Positions 9,477 through 23,667 of a stretch of 42,888 nt of DNA are shown in pieces. The position numbers and the translations under genes are program-made. The notes under the pieces were generated by a model. It was not told the DNA's origin. It was given only the letters and a program-made list of their open reading frames with translations, and did no database searches. Position 1 is the first letter of the stretch, and each line of letters begins with the position of its first letter. The DNA comes from a virus (lineage: Duplodnaviria > Heunggongvirae > Uroviricota > Caudoviricetes), in IMG/VR virus record IMGVR_UViG_2734482773_000006; one strand, 5' to 3'.

Positions 9477-12052
9477 CGTCCACCTCCGGAGAACAGGCCA
9501 CCATCACGCATCTGTGTCTGAATTTCATCACGGGCACCCTTGCGGGCCATGTCATACACTGCCTTCATCATCTGTGGACCTGGCAGACCATTCGTACCGT
9601 CGTTCTGAATCACCACGTGATTGTTCTGATTAAAATTAATGCCTTCAGCCCGCCGCATCTGCGCCGGACTTCCGGCACCGCCCACATAACCACCTTCCGC
9701 ATAGCCCCGCATCAGGCGGTACAGGTTGCCGACACCAATCCGGCTGGTTGCCTCCTTCGTGAAGACAAATTCACCACGGTGAACAATCCCCGCTGGCTCA
9801 TATTTGCCGCCGGTTCCCGTAAATCCCCCGGTCGCAAAATGGAATTTCGCCGCAGCGGCCTGAATGGCTGTACCGCCTGACGCGGATGCTCCACCACTGG
9901 CAGCACCGCCAATGGCGCTGCCGATACTCCCGACAATCCCCACCATTGCCTGCTTAAGCAGAATTTCTGTCATCATGGACAGCACGGAACGGGTGAAGCT
10001 GCGCCAGTTCTGCTCACTGCCGGTCAGCATCGCCGCCATATTCTGTGCAATACCATCAAAGGTCTGCGTGGCTGCACTTTTAAACTGCGACATACTGTCC
10101 GTGGCGCTCTCTTCCCACTCACTCCAGCCGGACTTCAGGCCTGCCATCCAGCTCCCGCGAAGCTGGTCTTCAGCCGCCCAGGTCTTTTTCTGCTCTGACA
10201 TGACGTTATTCAGCGCCAGCGGATTATCGCCATACTGTTCCTTCAGGCGCTGTTCCGTGGCTTCCCGTTCTGCCTGCCGGTCAGTCAGCCCCCGGCTTTT
10301 CGCATCAATGGCGGCCCGTTTTGCCCGTTGCTGCTGTGCGAATTTATCCGCCTGCTGCGCCAGCGCGTTCAGGCGCTCCTGATACGTAACCTTGTCGCCA
10401 AGTGCAGCCAGCTGGCGTTTGTACTCCAGCGTCTCATCTTTATGCGCCAGCAGGGATTTCTCCTGTGCAGACAACTGACGACGTTGCGCCGCCTCCTCCA
10501 GTACCGCGAACTGACTTTCTGCCTTCCACAAATCCCGGCGCTGCTGGCTGATTTTCTCATTCGCTCCGGCATGCTTCTCCAGCGTCCGGAGTTCTGTCTG
10601 AAGCATCAGCAGGGCAGCATGAGCACTGTCTTCCTGACGATCGCCCGCAGACACCTTCACGCCGGACTGTTTCGGCTTTTTCAGCGTCGCTTCATAATCC
10701 TTTTTCGCCGCCGCCATCAGCGTGTTGTAATCCGCCTGCAGGATTTTCCCGTCTTTCAGTGCCTTGTTCAGTTCTTCCTGACGGGCGGTATATTTCTCCA
10801 GCGGCGTCTGCAGCCGTTCGTAAGCCTTCTGCGCCTCTTCGGTATATTTCAGCCGTGATGCCTCAGACTCGGCCCAGTCCTTTGCTGCCATCTCTCTGGC
10901 CTTTTCAAGATCGGCCTGCAACGTGGCGGCTGAAAGCCCAAGTTGCGCATTCGCTCTGTCCTCCCATGCTCCCCGGAGATTGGCAAGAAATGCTGAGGTT
11001 TTACCGCGCCGGTGGCTCCGGCTCTGATACCACTGCCATTTTTTGTCCGCCTCATCAAAAGCCTTTTCTGCTTTCTCCAGCATTCCCTGGGCAGTGTCCG
11101 GGCGACCAATATCCAGCACCGAATCCCACATGGATTTGAATGCCCGTGCTGTCCTGTCTGCCCAGGTCTCCAGCGTGCCCATGTTCTCTTTCAGGCGGCG
11201 GGTCTGGTCATCAAACCCTTTCGTTGCGGCCTCGTTCGCCGCCTGCAATGCCCCGGCTTCATCTCCGGAACGCTGCAACTGAGCAACATACGCAATCTGC
11301 TCCGCCGTCACGTTATGGAACTGACGTGCCATCGCTGTCAGTCCCGACGTCGGGTCTGTGGTCAGCTTCCCGAAGGCTTCAGCGACCTTGTCCACCTCCA
11401 CGCCGGATGCAGAGGAGAAACGCGCCACACTCTGGCTGATCGCCTCAAACTGCTCACCACCACGCACACCGGCATTCACCAGCGCCGTCAGTGACTCGCT
11501 GGTCTGGTTAAACGTCAGCCCTGCCGCCTGCCCGGCTCTGGACAGGACCAGCATACGATCTGCCGTCAGTCCCGCCTGATTGCCGGAAAGGACCAGCGTT
11601 TTGTTGAAATCGGACAGGGTTGAGTTGCCCTGATACCAGGCATACGCCAGCGCACCGGTCGCCACCGCCAGCGAGGTGGCCCCCACCATCGGCAGGGTGA
11701 TCGCACCGGCAAGCCCCCTGAACATGGGGATCATCCCGCCGAAGGAGTCCTTAACCTGACCCCCCTGTTGCAGCAGGATCAGCCACGGGCTTTGCCCGCC
11801 TGCAAGCTGCGTGGCCACGTCGGTGAACTGTGCAGGCAGCATACGCATGGCGGCTTTATACTGCCCGACGGAAATCCCCGCTTTCTGTGCAGCCAGCGCC
11901 TGTCGGCTCAGCGACTGTTCAACGACTGCCGCTGTTTTTTTCGCATCAGTTTCCGTACCGGAAAAATGACGCCTGACTCTGGCCATCTGCTCGTCAAATC
12001 TGGCCGCATCCAGACTTAAATCAACGACCAGATCGCCTACCGGTTCAGCCAT
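9473..12052 (-). CDS. H: Tail tape measure protein H
   Basis: 859-aa ORF, coiled-coil rich, C-terminal Gly-rich segment; lambda H position. Confidence 0.95.
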   Translation of the reverse strand: MAEPVGDLVVDLSLDAARFDEQMARVRRHFSGTETDAKKTAAVVEQSLSRQALAAQKAGISVGQYKAAMRMLPAQFTDVATQLAGGQSPWLILLQQGGQVKDSFGGMIPMFRGLAGAITLPMVGATSLAVATGALAYAWYQGNSTLSDFNKTLVLSGNQAGLTADRMLVLSRAGQAAGLTFNQTSESLTALVNAGVRGGEQFEAISQSVARFSSASGVEVDKVAEAFGKLTTDPTSGLTAMARQFHNVTAEQIAYVAQLQRSGDEAGALQAANEAATKGFDDQTRRLKENMGTLETWADRTARAFKSMWDSVLDIGRPDTAQGMLEKAEKAFDEADKKWQWYQSRSHRRGKTSAFLANLRGAWEDRANAQLGLSAATLQADLEKAREMAAKDWAESEASRLKYTEEAQKAYERLQTPLEKYTARQEELNKALKDGKILQADYNTLMAAAKKDYEATLKKPKQSGVKVSAGDRQEDSAHAALLMLQTELRTLEKHAGANEKISQQRRDLWKAESQFAVLEEAAQRRQLSAQEKSLLAHKDETLEYKRQLAALGDKVTYQERLNALAQQADKFAQQQRAKRAAIDAKSRGLTDRQAEREATEQRLKEQYGDNPLALNNVMSEQKKTWAAEDQLRGSWMAGLKSGWSEWEESATDSMSQFKSAATQTFDGIAQNMAAMLTGSEQNWRSFTRSVLSMMTEILLKQAMVGIVGSIGSAIGGAASGGASASGGTAIQAAAAKFHFATGGFTGTGGKYEPAGIVHRGEFVFTKEATSRIGVGNLYRLMRGYAEGGYVGGAGSPAQMRRAEGINFNQNNHVVIQNDGTNGLPGPQMMKAVYDMARKGARDEIQTQMRDGGLFSGGGR

Positions 12053-12479
12053 ACCGGACTCCTCCTGCGATCCCTTCTGATACTGTCATCAGCATTACGT
12101 CATCCTCCGTCATGTCCGCCACATCCGGGGAAGCGGGGATAACTTCATTCCCGTCCGGGCCAAAGCGGACGCCTCCGGCAAGCCCTGCCGCTTTCTGCAT
12201 CAGCACATCATCTTCAGGCTCTTCGTCAGCCTCACGCCGGTTCAGCAGACTGAAATCCAGCGGATGCATATCCGGATCGCTGAAAAACAGGCTGAGCACG
12301 GTGTACGTCAGCCCGGAAAAGTGCATATCCAGCAGAACATCATGAAAATAATGGGTACTGTAAAAGCGGTGCCAGTCGGCATACTCCGTGGATGACATCC
12401 CGGCAAGCATGGCACGCCAGTCGGGTCGCCCCATCTCACGCGCCAGTTTCAGGGCAAAACTCAGCTCACCGTCGAACAC
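12045..12479 (-). CDS. T: Tail assembly chaperone T segment (expressed as G-T fusion by -1 frameshift)
   Basis: 144-aa ORF overlapping 3' end of G in the -1 frame; GGGAAAG slippery heptamer on the coding strand near 12479..12485. Confidence 0.8.
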   Translation of the reverse strand: MFDGELSFALKLAREMGRPDWRAMLAGMSSTEYADWHRFYSTHYFHDVLLDMHFSGLTYTVLSLFFSDPDMHPLDFSLLNRREADEEPEDDVLMQKAAGLAGGVRFGPDGNEVIPASPDVADMTEDDVMLMTVSEGIAGGVRYG

Positions 12480-12883
12480 TTTCCCGCAGAAACAGGCTCT
12501 GCGGGCCCGGCGTCCTCTGTCTGTTCAGGGGCATTATTCACCACAAACTCATACATACCAGACAGCCGGTACACCACGTTTTCAGCATGAGAAATTGCCT
12601 CCGTGGGCCAGGTGGTAAGCACTTCCTGCTCAATCTGTTTAACGGCTTCATTCATGGACGGCATCTGCGTCTTCTGCGGATGGTTATGCCACAGGGACAT
12701 CGCCACCAGAAACGCGCCGGTTCTGATGGCGTCTTCCACAGTAAACTTCCGGTTGCTGTCTGACTCCGCCTGTTCTGCCTGCCGTTTCAGCAGGGCGAGA
12801 TGCTCAATTCGCTGCAGGGCTGACAGTTCAGAAAGCGTGACGCTCACACCGTTATATTCAAATGATTCGGTTTTCAGGAACAT
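12461..12883 (-). CDS. G: Tail assembly chaperone G
   Basis: 140 aa, same length and position as lambda G. Confidence 0.9.
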   Translation of the reverse strand: MFLKTESFEYNGVSVTLSELSALQRIEHLALLKRQAEQAESDSNRKFTVEDAIRTGAFLVAMSLWHNHPQKTQMPSMNEAVKQIEQEVLTTWPTEAISHAENVVYRLSGMYEFVVNNAPEQTEDAGPAEPVSAGKCSTVS

Positions 12884-12898
12884 CGCTGACTCTCCGGA

Positions 12899-13639
12899 TT
12901 AACTGTCGGTGACGGTGATTTCTGCAACCACAGCAAGTTCACCATTACCGGATACAACCGGAATGTTGACCTTGCCTGCAGCAACACCTTTCACGGTGAT
13001 GGTCATACCACTGACCGACACGGTGGCTTTTGTTTTATCCGCAGACACCGCACGGAAGCTCTTGTCGGTTGCGCCTTCCGGCTGGAATGCCACGGTCAGC
13101 GTGGTGCTCTGCCCTTTCACCACCGAAGTGCTGGCAGGCGTCACGGTCATGCCGGTTGCCGCTGTTACCGTGCTGCGATCTTCTGCCATCGACGGACGGC
13201 CCACGTTGGTGACTTTCACCGTGCGGGTGATCACTTCCTTCGCCGTCACCGCCTTACCGATACTGCTGACCCAGCCGCGGAACACATCGACCGTGCCGTT
13301 CGGGAAGCGGATTTTATAGGCACGGGTATCCCCTTCATTAAACCACGCCAGCAGCGCCTGCTGCCCCTGCTCTCCGGGCATCCACGCCAGCGTGAAGCTG
13401 GTATCTCCGGCAGATTTCTGCCCCTGCCCGGTCGCAGTCCAGTCCGCATCTTCATCATCGAGATAGCTGTCGTCATAGGACTCAGCGGTCAGTTCGCCGG
13501 GCGTCAGGTCTTTAACTTTAGCCAGACGCGACCAGTCAACGTCTGAAAGCGGGTTCGCATAAGGGTCACCGTTCCCCTTATAAACCCACAGTGTGGTCCC
13601 GGCCCCTTTCACCGGCATTACTGGATTTGGTACAGGCAT
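12899..13639 (-). CDS. V: Major tail tube protein V
   Basis: ORF track 12899..13669; lambda V begins MPVPNP at the internal Met, giving the lambda length of 246 aa. Confidence 0.9.
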   Translation of the reverse strand: MPVPNPVMPVKGAGTTLWVYKGNGDPYANPLSDVDWSRLAKVKDLTPGELTAESYDDSYLDDEDADWTATGQGQKSAGDTSFTLAWMPGEQGQQALLAWFNEGDTRAYKIRFPNGTVDVFRGWVSSIGKAVTAKEVITRTVKVTNVGRPSMAEDRSTVTAATGMTVTPASTSVVKGQSTTLTVAFQPEGATDKSFRAVSADKTKATVSVSGMTITVKGVAAGKVNIPVVSGNGELAVVAEITVTDS

Positions 13640-13646
13640 ATCGTCC

Positions 13647-14042
13647 TCACATTTCATAGGTAATGACATAAGTCAGATCGGCTGAACTCCACAGGCCCGC
13701 ATCATCGTCGCGCCGGTAGTCATAGCCACTGGCCACCATACTGGTGATCAAATCTGACAGTGCCGGGACATCGCTCATCACCGGATAAATCCGGGACTCC
13801 ATCCACGAATCCAGCTCTGAATCCGGCACCTGAGCAGGCAGGAAAACTTCAATATGCAGCTCCGCCTGCCAGGTATCACTGTCCAGCTCTTCGCCCGTGT
13901 ATTCAGCGTCGGTGAGATAAACGGCAATTGCCGGAAAATCCGCCTCATCAAAAACAGCGGGGCGACCATCAAAAAGCGTCGCCCCGGTGTCATGCTTCTC
14001 CAGTGCATCCAGTACGGCTGCACGGAGTTCAGTATGTTTCAT
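13647..14042 (-). CDS. U: Tail terminator protein U
   Basis: 131 aa, lambda U length and position. Confidence 0.9.
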   Translation of the reverse strand: MKHTELRAAVLDALEKHDTGATLFDGRPAVFDEADFPAIAVYLTDAEYTGEELDSDTWQAELHIEVFLPAQVPDSELDSWMESRIYPVMSDVPALSDLITSMVASGYDYRRDDDAGLWSSADLTYVITYEM

Positions 14043-14617
14043 CGCTTTATTACCATTCTCAGTTGATGCTGCAGCGCATAGCCCAGCTCTTTCGGAAGAC
14101 GTTCACGCCGTATCCGTTCAATATTCTGTTTAAACGCCGTGGTAAGCGGCACCACCATCGGGATTTTCACCACATCAATGGGGTAACGGTTTTTCCCGGC
14201 CACACGCTGCATGACATGCCACCGGCCATTTTTCAGTTGCTGAATAAACGCGCCGGGAATACGACGGTTTCCCACCACAAGCACGCTGCCGCCACCTTTC
14301 AGGGATGAACGCTGCCCCTTTTTACGACGTCTGCGGCGGGAAAGGACAACCCGCGCGTTACCCAGCTTTATTACGGGCAAATCCCCCCGGTTAACCCTGA
14401 TTCTGGCCTGCGGATTTTTGACCGTGGCCCTTTTCAGCCTGGCCCTTTCCTTTACCAGTTTCCGGCGTACCTTTGTCTCACGGGCAACCTGTGACGCAGA
14501 CTGCGATATCGTGGATGACGCAACGCGGTTAATGGCCATTGCGGCGGCACCAGGCACCGCCGTTTTGCTGATACGGCTGAGGTTTTCAACGGCCTGCTCA
14601 AGACCTTTTATGGCCAT
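14039..14617 (-). CDS. Z: Tail completion protein Z
   Basis: 192 aa, lambda Z length and position. Confidence 0.9.
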   Translation of the reverse strand: MAIKGLEQAVENLSRISKTAVPGAAAMAINRVASSTISQSASQVARETKVRRKLVKERARLKRATVKNPQARIRVNRGDLPVIKLGNARVVLSRRRRRKKGQRSSLKGGGSVLVVGNRRIPGAFIQQLKNGRWHVMQRVAGKNRYPIDVVKIPMVVPLTTAFKQNIERIRRERLPKELGYALQHQLRMVIKR

Positions 14618-14628
14618 ACATCCCCCTT

Positions 14629-14982
14629 TCAGCGGCGACGGTTAACGGCAGGCGGCACGCCACGCCCAAGCCAGAGATGACAGCTTCCGCCATCATCCGG
14701 CGAAATCCGGTCCACCCAGAAGTTTTCCTCGCCGATGGTCAGTGTGTCTCCACGCCGCAGCTGCCGCACATCATCAGTCCGGACAAACAGGGACGGGCTG
14801 GAGCCTTCAACGCGCACCCCCTGTCCGGCATAGCTGATATTTTCAGGGTCATCAAAAACACCACGTATCACAGCACCGGACAGCTCACCGGATGTCATGG
14901 TGGCTGACGTTCCCATGTACCCGCGTATCGTTTCATCGGCGCGGGCAATGGCAGCATCGAACAGGTTATCGGAATCAGCCAC
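14629..14982 (-). CDS. FII: Head-tail connector protein FII
   Basis: 117 aa, lambda FII length and position. Confidence 0.85.
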   Translation of the reverse strand: MADSDNLFDAAIARADETIRGYMGTSATMTSGELSGAVIRGVFDDPENISYAGQGVRVEGSSPSLFVRTDDVRQLRRGDTLTIGEENFWVDRISPDDGGSCHLWLGRGVPPAVNRRR

Positions 14983-14993
14983 AGCGCCTCCCG

Positions 14994-15389
14994 TTATTGC
15001 ATTCTGGCCAGGCCATGTTCTGTCATTTCGGCTGCCACACCGGCAGAGACACGAAACGCCGTTCCCGGCAGCACAAATGCCACAGGCTCATCCCGCGTGG
15101 CGTGAAGTGCATCAGTATGCAGCGTCACCAGTGCCACGACCGTGACCAGAGCAGCCGTATCAATCACGGTATCCGGCTGCGCTGATACCACCTCATTTTC
15201 ATGTCCGGTCAGCGCATTTTCCGGGCTGACAGATGTGTCCTGACCGGCAGCGTCATCCGTGTCATCAAGCTCCTCTTCCAGCTCTGCCACACGGAGCACC
15301 AGTTCTTCTTTCGTCCCCGTCAGGCTGACATCACGGTTCAGTTGCTCACCCAGCACCTGAAGACGGGCAATCAGTTCATCTTTCGTCAT
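14994..15389 (-). CDS. FI: DNA packaging protein FI
   Basis: ORF track 14994..15428; lambda FI begins MTKDELIARL at the internal Met. Confidence 0.8.
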   Translation of the reverse strand: MTKDELIARLQVLGEQLNRDVSLTGTKEELVLRVAELEEELDDTDDAAGQDTSVSPENALTGHENEVVSAQPDTVIDTAALVTVVALVTLHTDALHATRDEPVAFVLPGTAFRVSAGVAAEMTEHGLARMQ

Positions 15390-15430
15390 GGACTCCTCCA
15401 CAGAGAGAAAATGGCCCCGAAGGGCCATGA

Positions 15431-16456
15431 TTACGCCAGTTGTACGGACACGAACGCATCAGGATCAGCCAGCAGCATCAGCGGTGCTGACTGAATCATG
15501 GTGAACTCACGCGCCGGATCGCCGGTGGTCACCCAGTTTTTCGGGTAGCGGGCAGAGGCGTTAATACCTTCGCGCTGTGCGTCCGCATCCTGAATGCAGC
15601 CATAGGTGCGCAGACCGCGTGCCTGAGTGTTCCCCAGCACCATCGTGTTGTCCGGCAGGAAGTTCTTTTTGACGTCGTTTTCCACGTACTGTCCGGAATA
15701 CACGACGATCGCCGTATCGCCATACATCCCCTTATAGGACACCGCTTCGCCCAGGTCTTTTACCGCTGTCTCCAGCTCGGAATGAGAGCCGCGACGGGTA
15801 TCCAGCTTCTCCTTGACGGCTTTGAAGGAACGGAACAGCGCCCAGCCTTTCGGATCAAACACGATGATATTCACCACGCCGCTGGCGTTCAGCGCATAGG
15901 CTTCGATATCGTCGGTCGGGTCATACGTGGACTTGTCACGCTTGCTCCACTCCGTACCACCGGACTGTGTGATGTTGTTCGCCGCACTGCGGCCCATATC
16001 CACCTCAACCGGATCGAAGGCTTCACCGGTCATGGTGTATTTGCCCTTAAGCACAGCAGAAACTGCCTGCATCTCTTCGACCTGAGCAATGGCCAGCTCT
16101 TCGTCTCGCATGTTCTGCATGATGATGCGACGGCGGCGGTAAGCCGGGTCCGCCAGATTCTGCGGATCTTCATCCGGCAGGCGACGCAGGGTCATCTGCG
16201 GATTCACCTCATGCTTCGGCTTGACATATCCCGGTGTAAATTCAGAGGTGGAGCCGCCACGGGAGCGGATAACCTCACCGGAAACAATCGGCGAAACGTA
16301 CAGCGCCATGTTTACCAGTCCCGGAATTTGTGAGAGATAGACTTTCTCCGTGGTGAAGGGATAGCTCTCACGGAAAAAGAGACGCAGAAACAGCGGATCA
16401 AACTTAAATTTCTTCTCATTTGCCGCCAGCAGCTGGGCGGTTGTGTACATCGACAT
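15431..16456 (-). CDS. E: Major capsid protein E
   Basis: ORF track 15431..16483; lambda E begins MSMYTTAQLLAAN at the internal Met; the resulting length matches lambda E. Confidence 0.95.
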   Translation of the reverse strand: MSMYTTAQLLAANEKKFKFDPLFLRLFFRESYPFTTEKVYLSQIPGLVNMALYVSPIVSGEVIRSRGGSTSEFTPGYVKPKHEVNPQMTLRRLPDEDPQNLADPAYRRRRIIMQNMRDEELAIAQVEEMQAVSAVLKGKYTMTGEAFDPVEVDMGRSAANNITQSGGTEWSKRDKSTYDPTDDIEAYALNASGVVNIIVFDPKGWALFRSFKAVKEKLDTRRGSHSELETAVKDLGEAVSYKGMYGDTAIVVYSGQYVENDVKKNFLPDNTMVLGNTQARGLRTYGCIQDADAQREGINASARYPKNWVTTGDPAREFTMIQSAPLMLLADPDAFVSVQLA

Positions 16457-16511
16457 AAAAAAATCCCGTAAAAAAAGCCGCACAGGCGGCCTTTAGTGAT
16501 GAAGGGTAAGG

Positions 16512-16844
16512 TTAAACGATGCTGATTGCCGTTCCGGCAAACGCGGTCCGTTTTTTCGTCTCGTCGCTGGCAGCCTCCGGCCAGAGCACATCCTCATAAC
16601 GGAACGTGCCGGACTTGTAGAACGTCAGCGTGGTGCTGGTCTGGTCAGCATCAACCGCCAGAATGCCAACGGCAGTACCGTCGGTGGTGCCATCCCACGC
16701 AACCAGCTTACGGGTGGAGGTGTCCAGCATCAGCGGGGTCATTGCAGGCGCTTTCGCACTCAATCCGCCGGGCGCGGTTGCCGTATGTGCCGGGTCACTG
16801 TTGCCCAGCGGCTGGTAATGGGTAAAGGTTTCTTTGCTCGTCAT
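16512..16844 (-). CDS. D: Capsid decoration protein D
   Basis: Sequence [12 protein letters not shown]...AISIV matches lambda gpD as recalled. Confidence 0.95.
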   Translation of the reverse strand: MTSKETFTHYQPLGNSDPAHTATAPGGLSAKAPAMTPLMLDTSTRKLVAWDGTTDGTAVGILAVDADQTSTTLTFYKSGTFRYEDVLWPEAASDETKKRTAFAGTAISIV

Positions 16845-16853
16845 AAACATCCC

Positions 16854-18153
16854 TTACACTGGTGTGTTCAGCAAATCGTTAACGGCATCAGATGCCGGGT
16901 TACCTGCAGCCAGCGGTGCCGGTGCCCCCTGCATCAGACGATCCAGCGCAGTGTCACTGCGCGCCTGTGCACTCTGTGGTGCAGCTGCCAGAATGCGGCG
17001 GGCCGTTTCCACGGTCATACCGGGGGTTTCTGCCAGCACGCGGGCCTGTTCTTCGCGTCCGTGAGCCTCCTCACAGTTGAGGATCCCCATAATGCGGCTG
17101 TTTTCTGCCGCAACCGCAGCGGTGATCTGCGCGTTCACGTCCGGCTGCGCCGCGCTGGCGTTTTCGCCCTCCGTCGCTGGCACCACGTCAGTAACGTCAG
17201 TCTGCGAAGCAGTGGCTGAAACAGTTGTTGATTGAGTCTCTTTGGTCATTCGCCCTCCTGAGAGACGGGATTTACGCGCATCCAGTGCATCACGCATGAC
17301 GGTGATCGCATCGGTGCTGTTAACAAGTTCATCAGCCAGTCCGACATCAATGGCCTCCTGACCGCTGTACACTGCAGCCTCGGTATCCAGCACAGCCTGC
17401 ACAGACAGGCCGGTATATGCCGACACCTTCTGCGCAAACATCTGGCGGGTTGCGTCCATCCGGGACTGCAGTGTCTCCCGGACGTCATCCGGAAGATGGC
17501 TGTAGGGATTGCCATCCACCTTATGGCTGCCGCTGTAAATCAGCGTGATTTCCACCCCCTGTTTCTCCAGGGCAGCACCGTAATTACTGTGAGCCATCAT
17601 GACGCCGATGGAGCCTGTCCGGGCGGTCTGCGTGACCAGACGCCGGGAGGCGGCACTGGCAAGCAGCTGACCTGCACTGCAGTTCATGTCGTTGGCCAGC
17701 GCCCATACCGGTTTTATGTCTCGCACACGGGCGATGATGTCAGCGCAGTCAAATGCCCCCGCCACCATTCCGCCTGGCGTGTCCATATCGAGCAGAATGC
17801 CGTCCACCATCGGGTCGCTGGCAGCCTGTTGCAGACGGGCGATAATGCCGTTGTAACCGGTCATCCCCGAGTACGGCTGCAGCGCCCGCGTCCGGCTGAC
17901 CAGCGTGCCGGACACCGGCAGCACGGCGATGCCGTTCATGACCTGATAACTGCGGGCCTGTCGTGGCCCGTCATCATTACCGGATAACGCCAGCGTCGCG
18001 GGTGCCTCTCCGGCAGTCAGGCTGTCACCGGACACCGCATCCGTCAGGCGGCTGATCCCCAGCTGGCCTGCAAGCGCACAAAAGAAAACCCGCGCATAGG
18101 CGGGTTCAAGCATCAGCGGCTCATTAAAGGCCATACTGGCAATATGCGGGAGA

Positions 18154-18173
<20 letters not shown>
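16854..18173 (-). CDS. C: Capsid assembly protease C with in-frame nested scaffold Nu3
   Basis: ORF track 16854..18308; lambda C begins (M/V)TAELRNLPHIASMAF, here with a GTG codon at 18173; length then equals lambda C; start overlaps 3' end of B. Confidence 0.85.
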
Positions 18174-21854
<3,681 letters not shown>

Positions 21855-21880
<26 letters not shown>

Positions 21881-22400
21881 TCAGCAACCCCGGTATCAGT
21901 TCATCCAGCGCGGCTGCTTTGTTCATGGCTTTGATGATATCCCGTTTCAGGAAATCAACATGTCGGTTTTCCAGTTCCGGAAAACGCCGCTGCACCGACA
22001 GGGGGATCCCGTCGAGAATACTGGCAATTTCACCTGCGATCCGCGACAGCACGAAAGTACAGAATGCGGTTTCCACCACTTCAGCGGAGTCTCTGGCATT
22101 CTTCAGTTCCTGTGCGTCGGCCTGCGCACGCGTAAGTCGATGGCGTTCGTACTCAATAGTCCCTGGCTGGAGATCTGTCTCGCTGGCCTGCCGCAGTTCT
22201 TCAACTTCCCGGCGCAGCTTTTCGTTCTCAATTTCAGCATCCCTTTCGGCATACCATCTTATAACGGCGGCAGAGTCATAAAGCACCTCATTACCCTTGC
22301 CACCGCCTCGCAGAACGGGCATTCCCTGTTCCTGCCAGTTCTGAATGGTACGGATACTCGCACCGAAAATGTCAGCCAGCTGCTTTTTGTTGACTTCCAT
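21855..22400 (-). CDS. nu1: Terminase small subunit Nu1
   Basis: 181 aa, begins MEVNKKQLADIFGASIRTIQNWQEQGMPV (HTH), lambda Nu1. Confidence 0.95.
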
Positions 22401-22640
22401 TGTTCATTCCACGGACAAAAACAGAGAAAGGAAACGACAGAGGCCAAAAAGCCCGTTTTCAGCACCTGTCGTTTCCTTTCTTTTCAGGGGGTATTTTAAA
22501 TAAAAACATTAAGTTACAACGAAGAAGAACGGAAATGCCTTAAACCGGAAAATTTTCATAAATAGCGAAAACCCGCGAGGTCGCCGCCCCGTAACCTGTC
22601 GGATCGCCGGAAAGGACCCGCAAAATGATAATAATTATCA
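22401..22640 (-). other. cos: cos packaging site (cosB, cosN, cosQ); 12-nt cohesive end at about 22579..22590
   Basis: Minus strand reads GGGCGGCGACCTCGCGGGTTTTCGCTATTTATGAAAATTTTCCGGTTTAAGGC, the lambda left end as recalled, preceded by the lambda right-end sequence CGGGTCCTTTCCGGCGATCCGACAGGTTACG. Confidence 0.85.
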
Positions 22641-22788
22641 TCTACATGTCACAACGTGCATCTACGCCATCAAACCACGTCAAATAATCAATTATGACGC
22701 AGGTATCGTATTAATTGATCTGCATCAACTTAACGTAAAAACAACTTCAGACAATACAAATCAGCGACACTGAATACGGGGCAACCTC

Positions 22789-22983
22789 ATGTCAACGAAG
22801 AACAGAACCCGCAGAACAACAACCCGCAACATCCGCTTTCCTAACCAAATGATTGAACAAATTAACATCGCTCTTGAGCAAAAAGGGTCTGGGAATTTCT
22901 CAGCCTGGGTCATTGAAGCCTGCCGTCGGAGACTAACGTCAGAAAAGAGAGCATATACATCAATCCAAAGTGATGATGGATGA
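22789..22983 (+). CDS. Small YlcI-like protein (DUF3950 family as recalled), possible ribbon-helix-helix fold
   Basis: 64-aa ORF between cos and bor, same neighbourhood as ylcI in DLP12; Arg-rich N-terminus. Confidence 0.55.
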   Translation: MSTKNRTRRTTTRNIRFPNQMIEQINIALEQKGSGNFSAWVIEACRRRLTSEKRAYTSIQSDDG

Positions 22984-23342
22984 ACATCCCGGTTTCTTCC
23001 ACCATCGCACCGGAAAAGCGACTATGAGGGTAACCCTGCGTCTGTCAGCACAGTAAAACCCGGTGTGCATCGTTTTTGATTATTCCCGCACACTCACGCA
23101 GAAGGAATTCCCCGTCGGGCTACGGTCATGGTTAATGCGGGAATACGGCGACGATACAGCGCAGCTAAAAGGGTAATGGACAGATAGAGCGGTTTATTTC
23201 ATTCCACAGGATTCTGAGTGCCCCCCTCCTCCAATAGGCTGAGCATCCACCTATATAGTTTTAATTTTCATCAATCCATTTAACTATCGTTTAATTGTTG
23301 TCACATAGGATTCTGCCGTTTTTAACAATGCAGGATAATAAG

Positions 23343-23636
23343 ATGAAAAAAATGTTGTTTTCTGCCGCTCTGGCAATGCTTATTACAGGATGTGCTCAAC
23401 AGACGTTTACTGTTGGAAACAAACCGACAGCAGTAACACCAAAGGAAACCATCACCCATCACTTCTTCGTTTCGGGAATTGGACAGGAGAAAACTGTTGA
23501 TGCAGCCAAAATTTGTGGCGGCGCAGAAAATGTTGTTAAAACAGAAACCCAGCAAACATTCGTAAATGGATTGCTCGGTTTTATTACTTTAGGCATTTAT
23601 ACTCCGCTGGAAGCGCGTGTGTATTGCTCACAATAA
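23343..23636 (+). CDS. bor: Bor lipoprotein (serum resistance-associated lysogenic conversion protein)
   Basis: ORF track 23295..23636; internal Met begins MKKMLFSAALAMLITGCAQQTF (lipobox LITGC); ends EARVYCSQ as lambda Bor; convergent with Rz as in lambda. Confidence 0.9.
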   Translation: MKKMLFSAALAMLITGCAQQTFTVGNKPTAVTPKETITHHFFVSGIGQEKTVDAAKICGGAENVVKTETQQTFVNGLLGFITLGIYTPLEARVYCSQ

Positions 23637-23667
23637 TTGCATGAGTTGCCCATCGATATGGGCAGCT

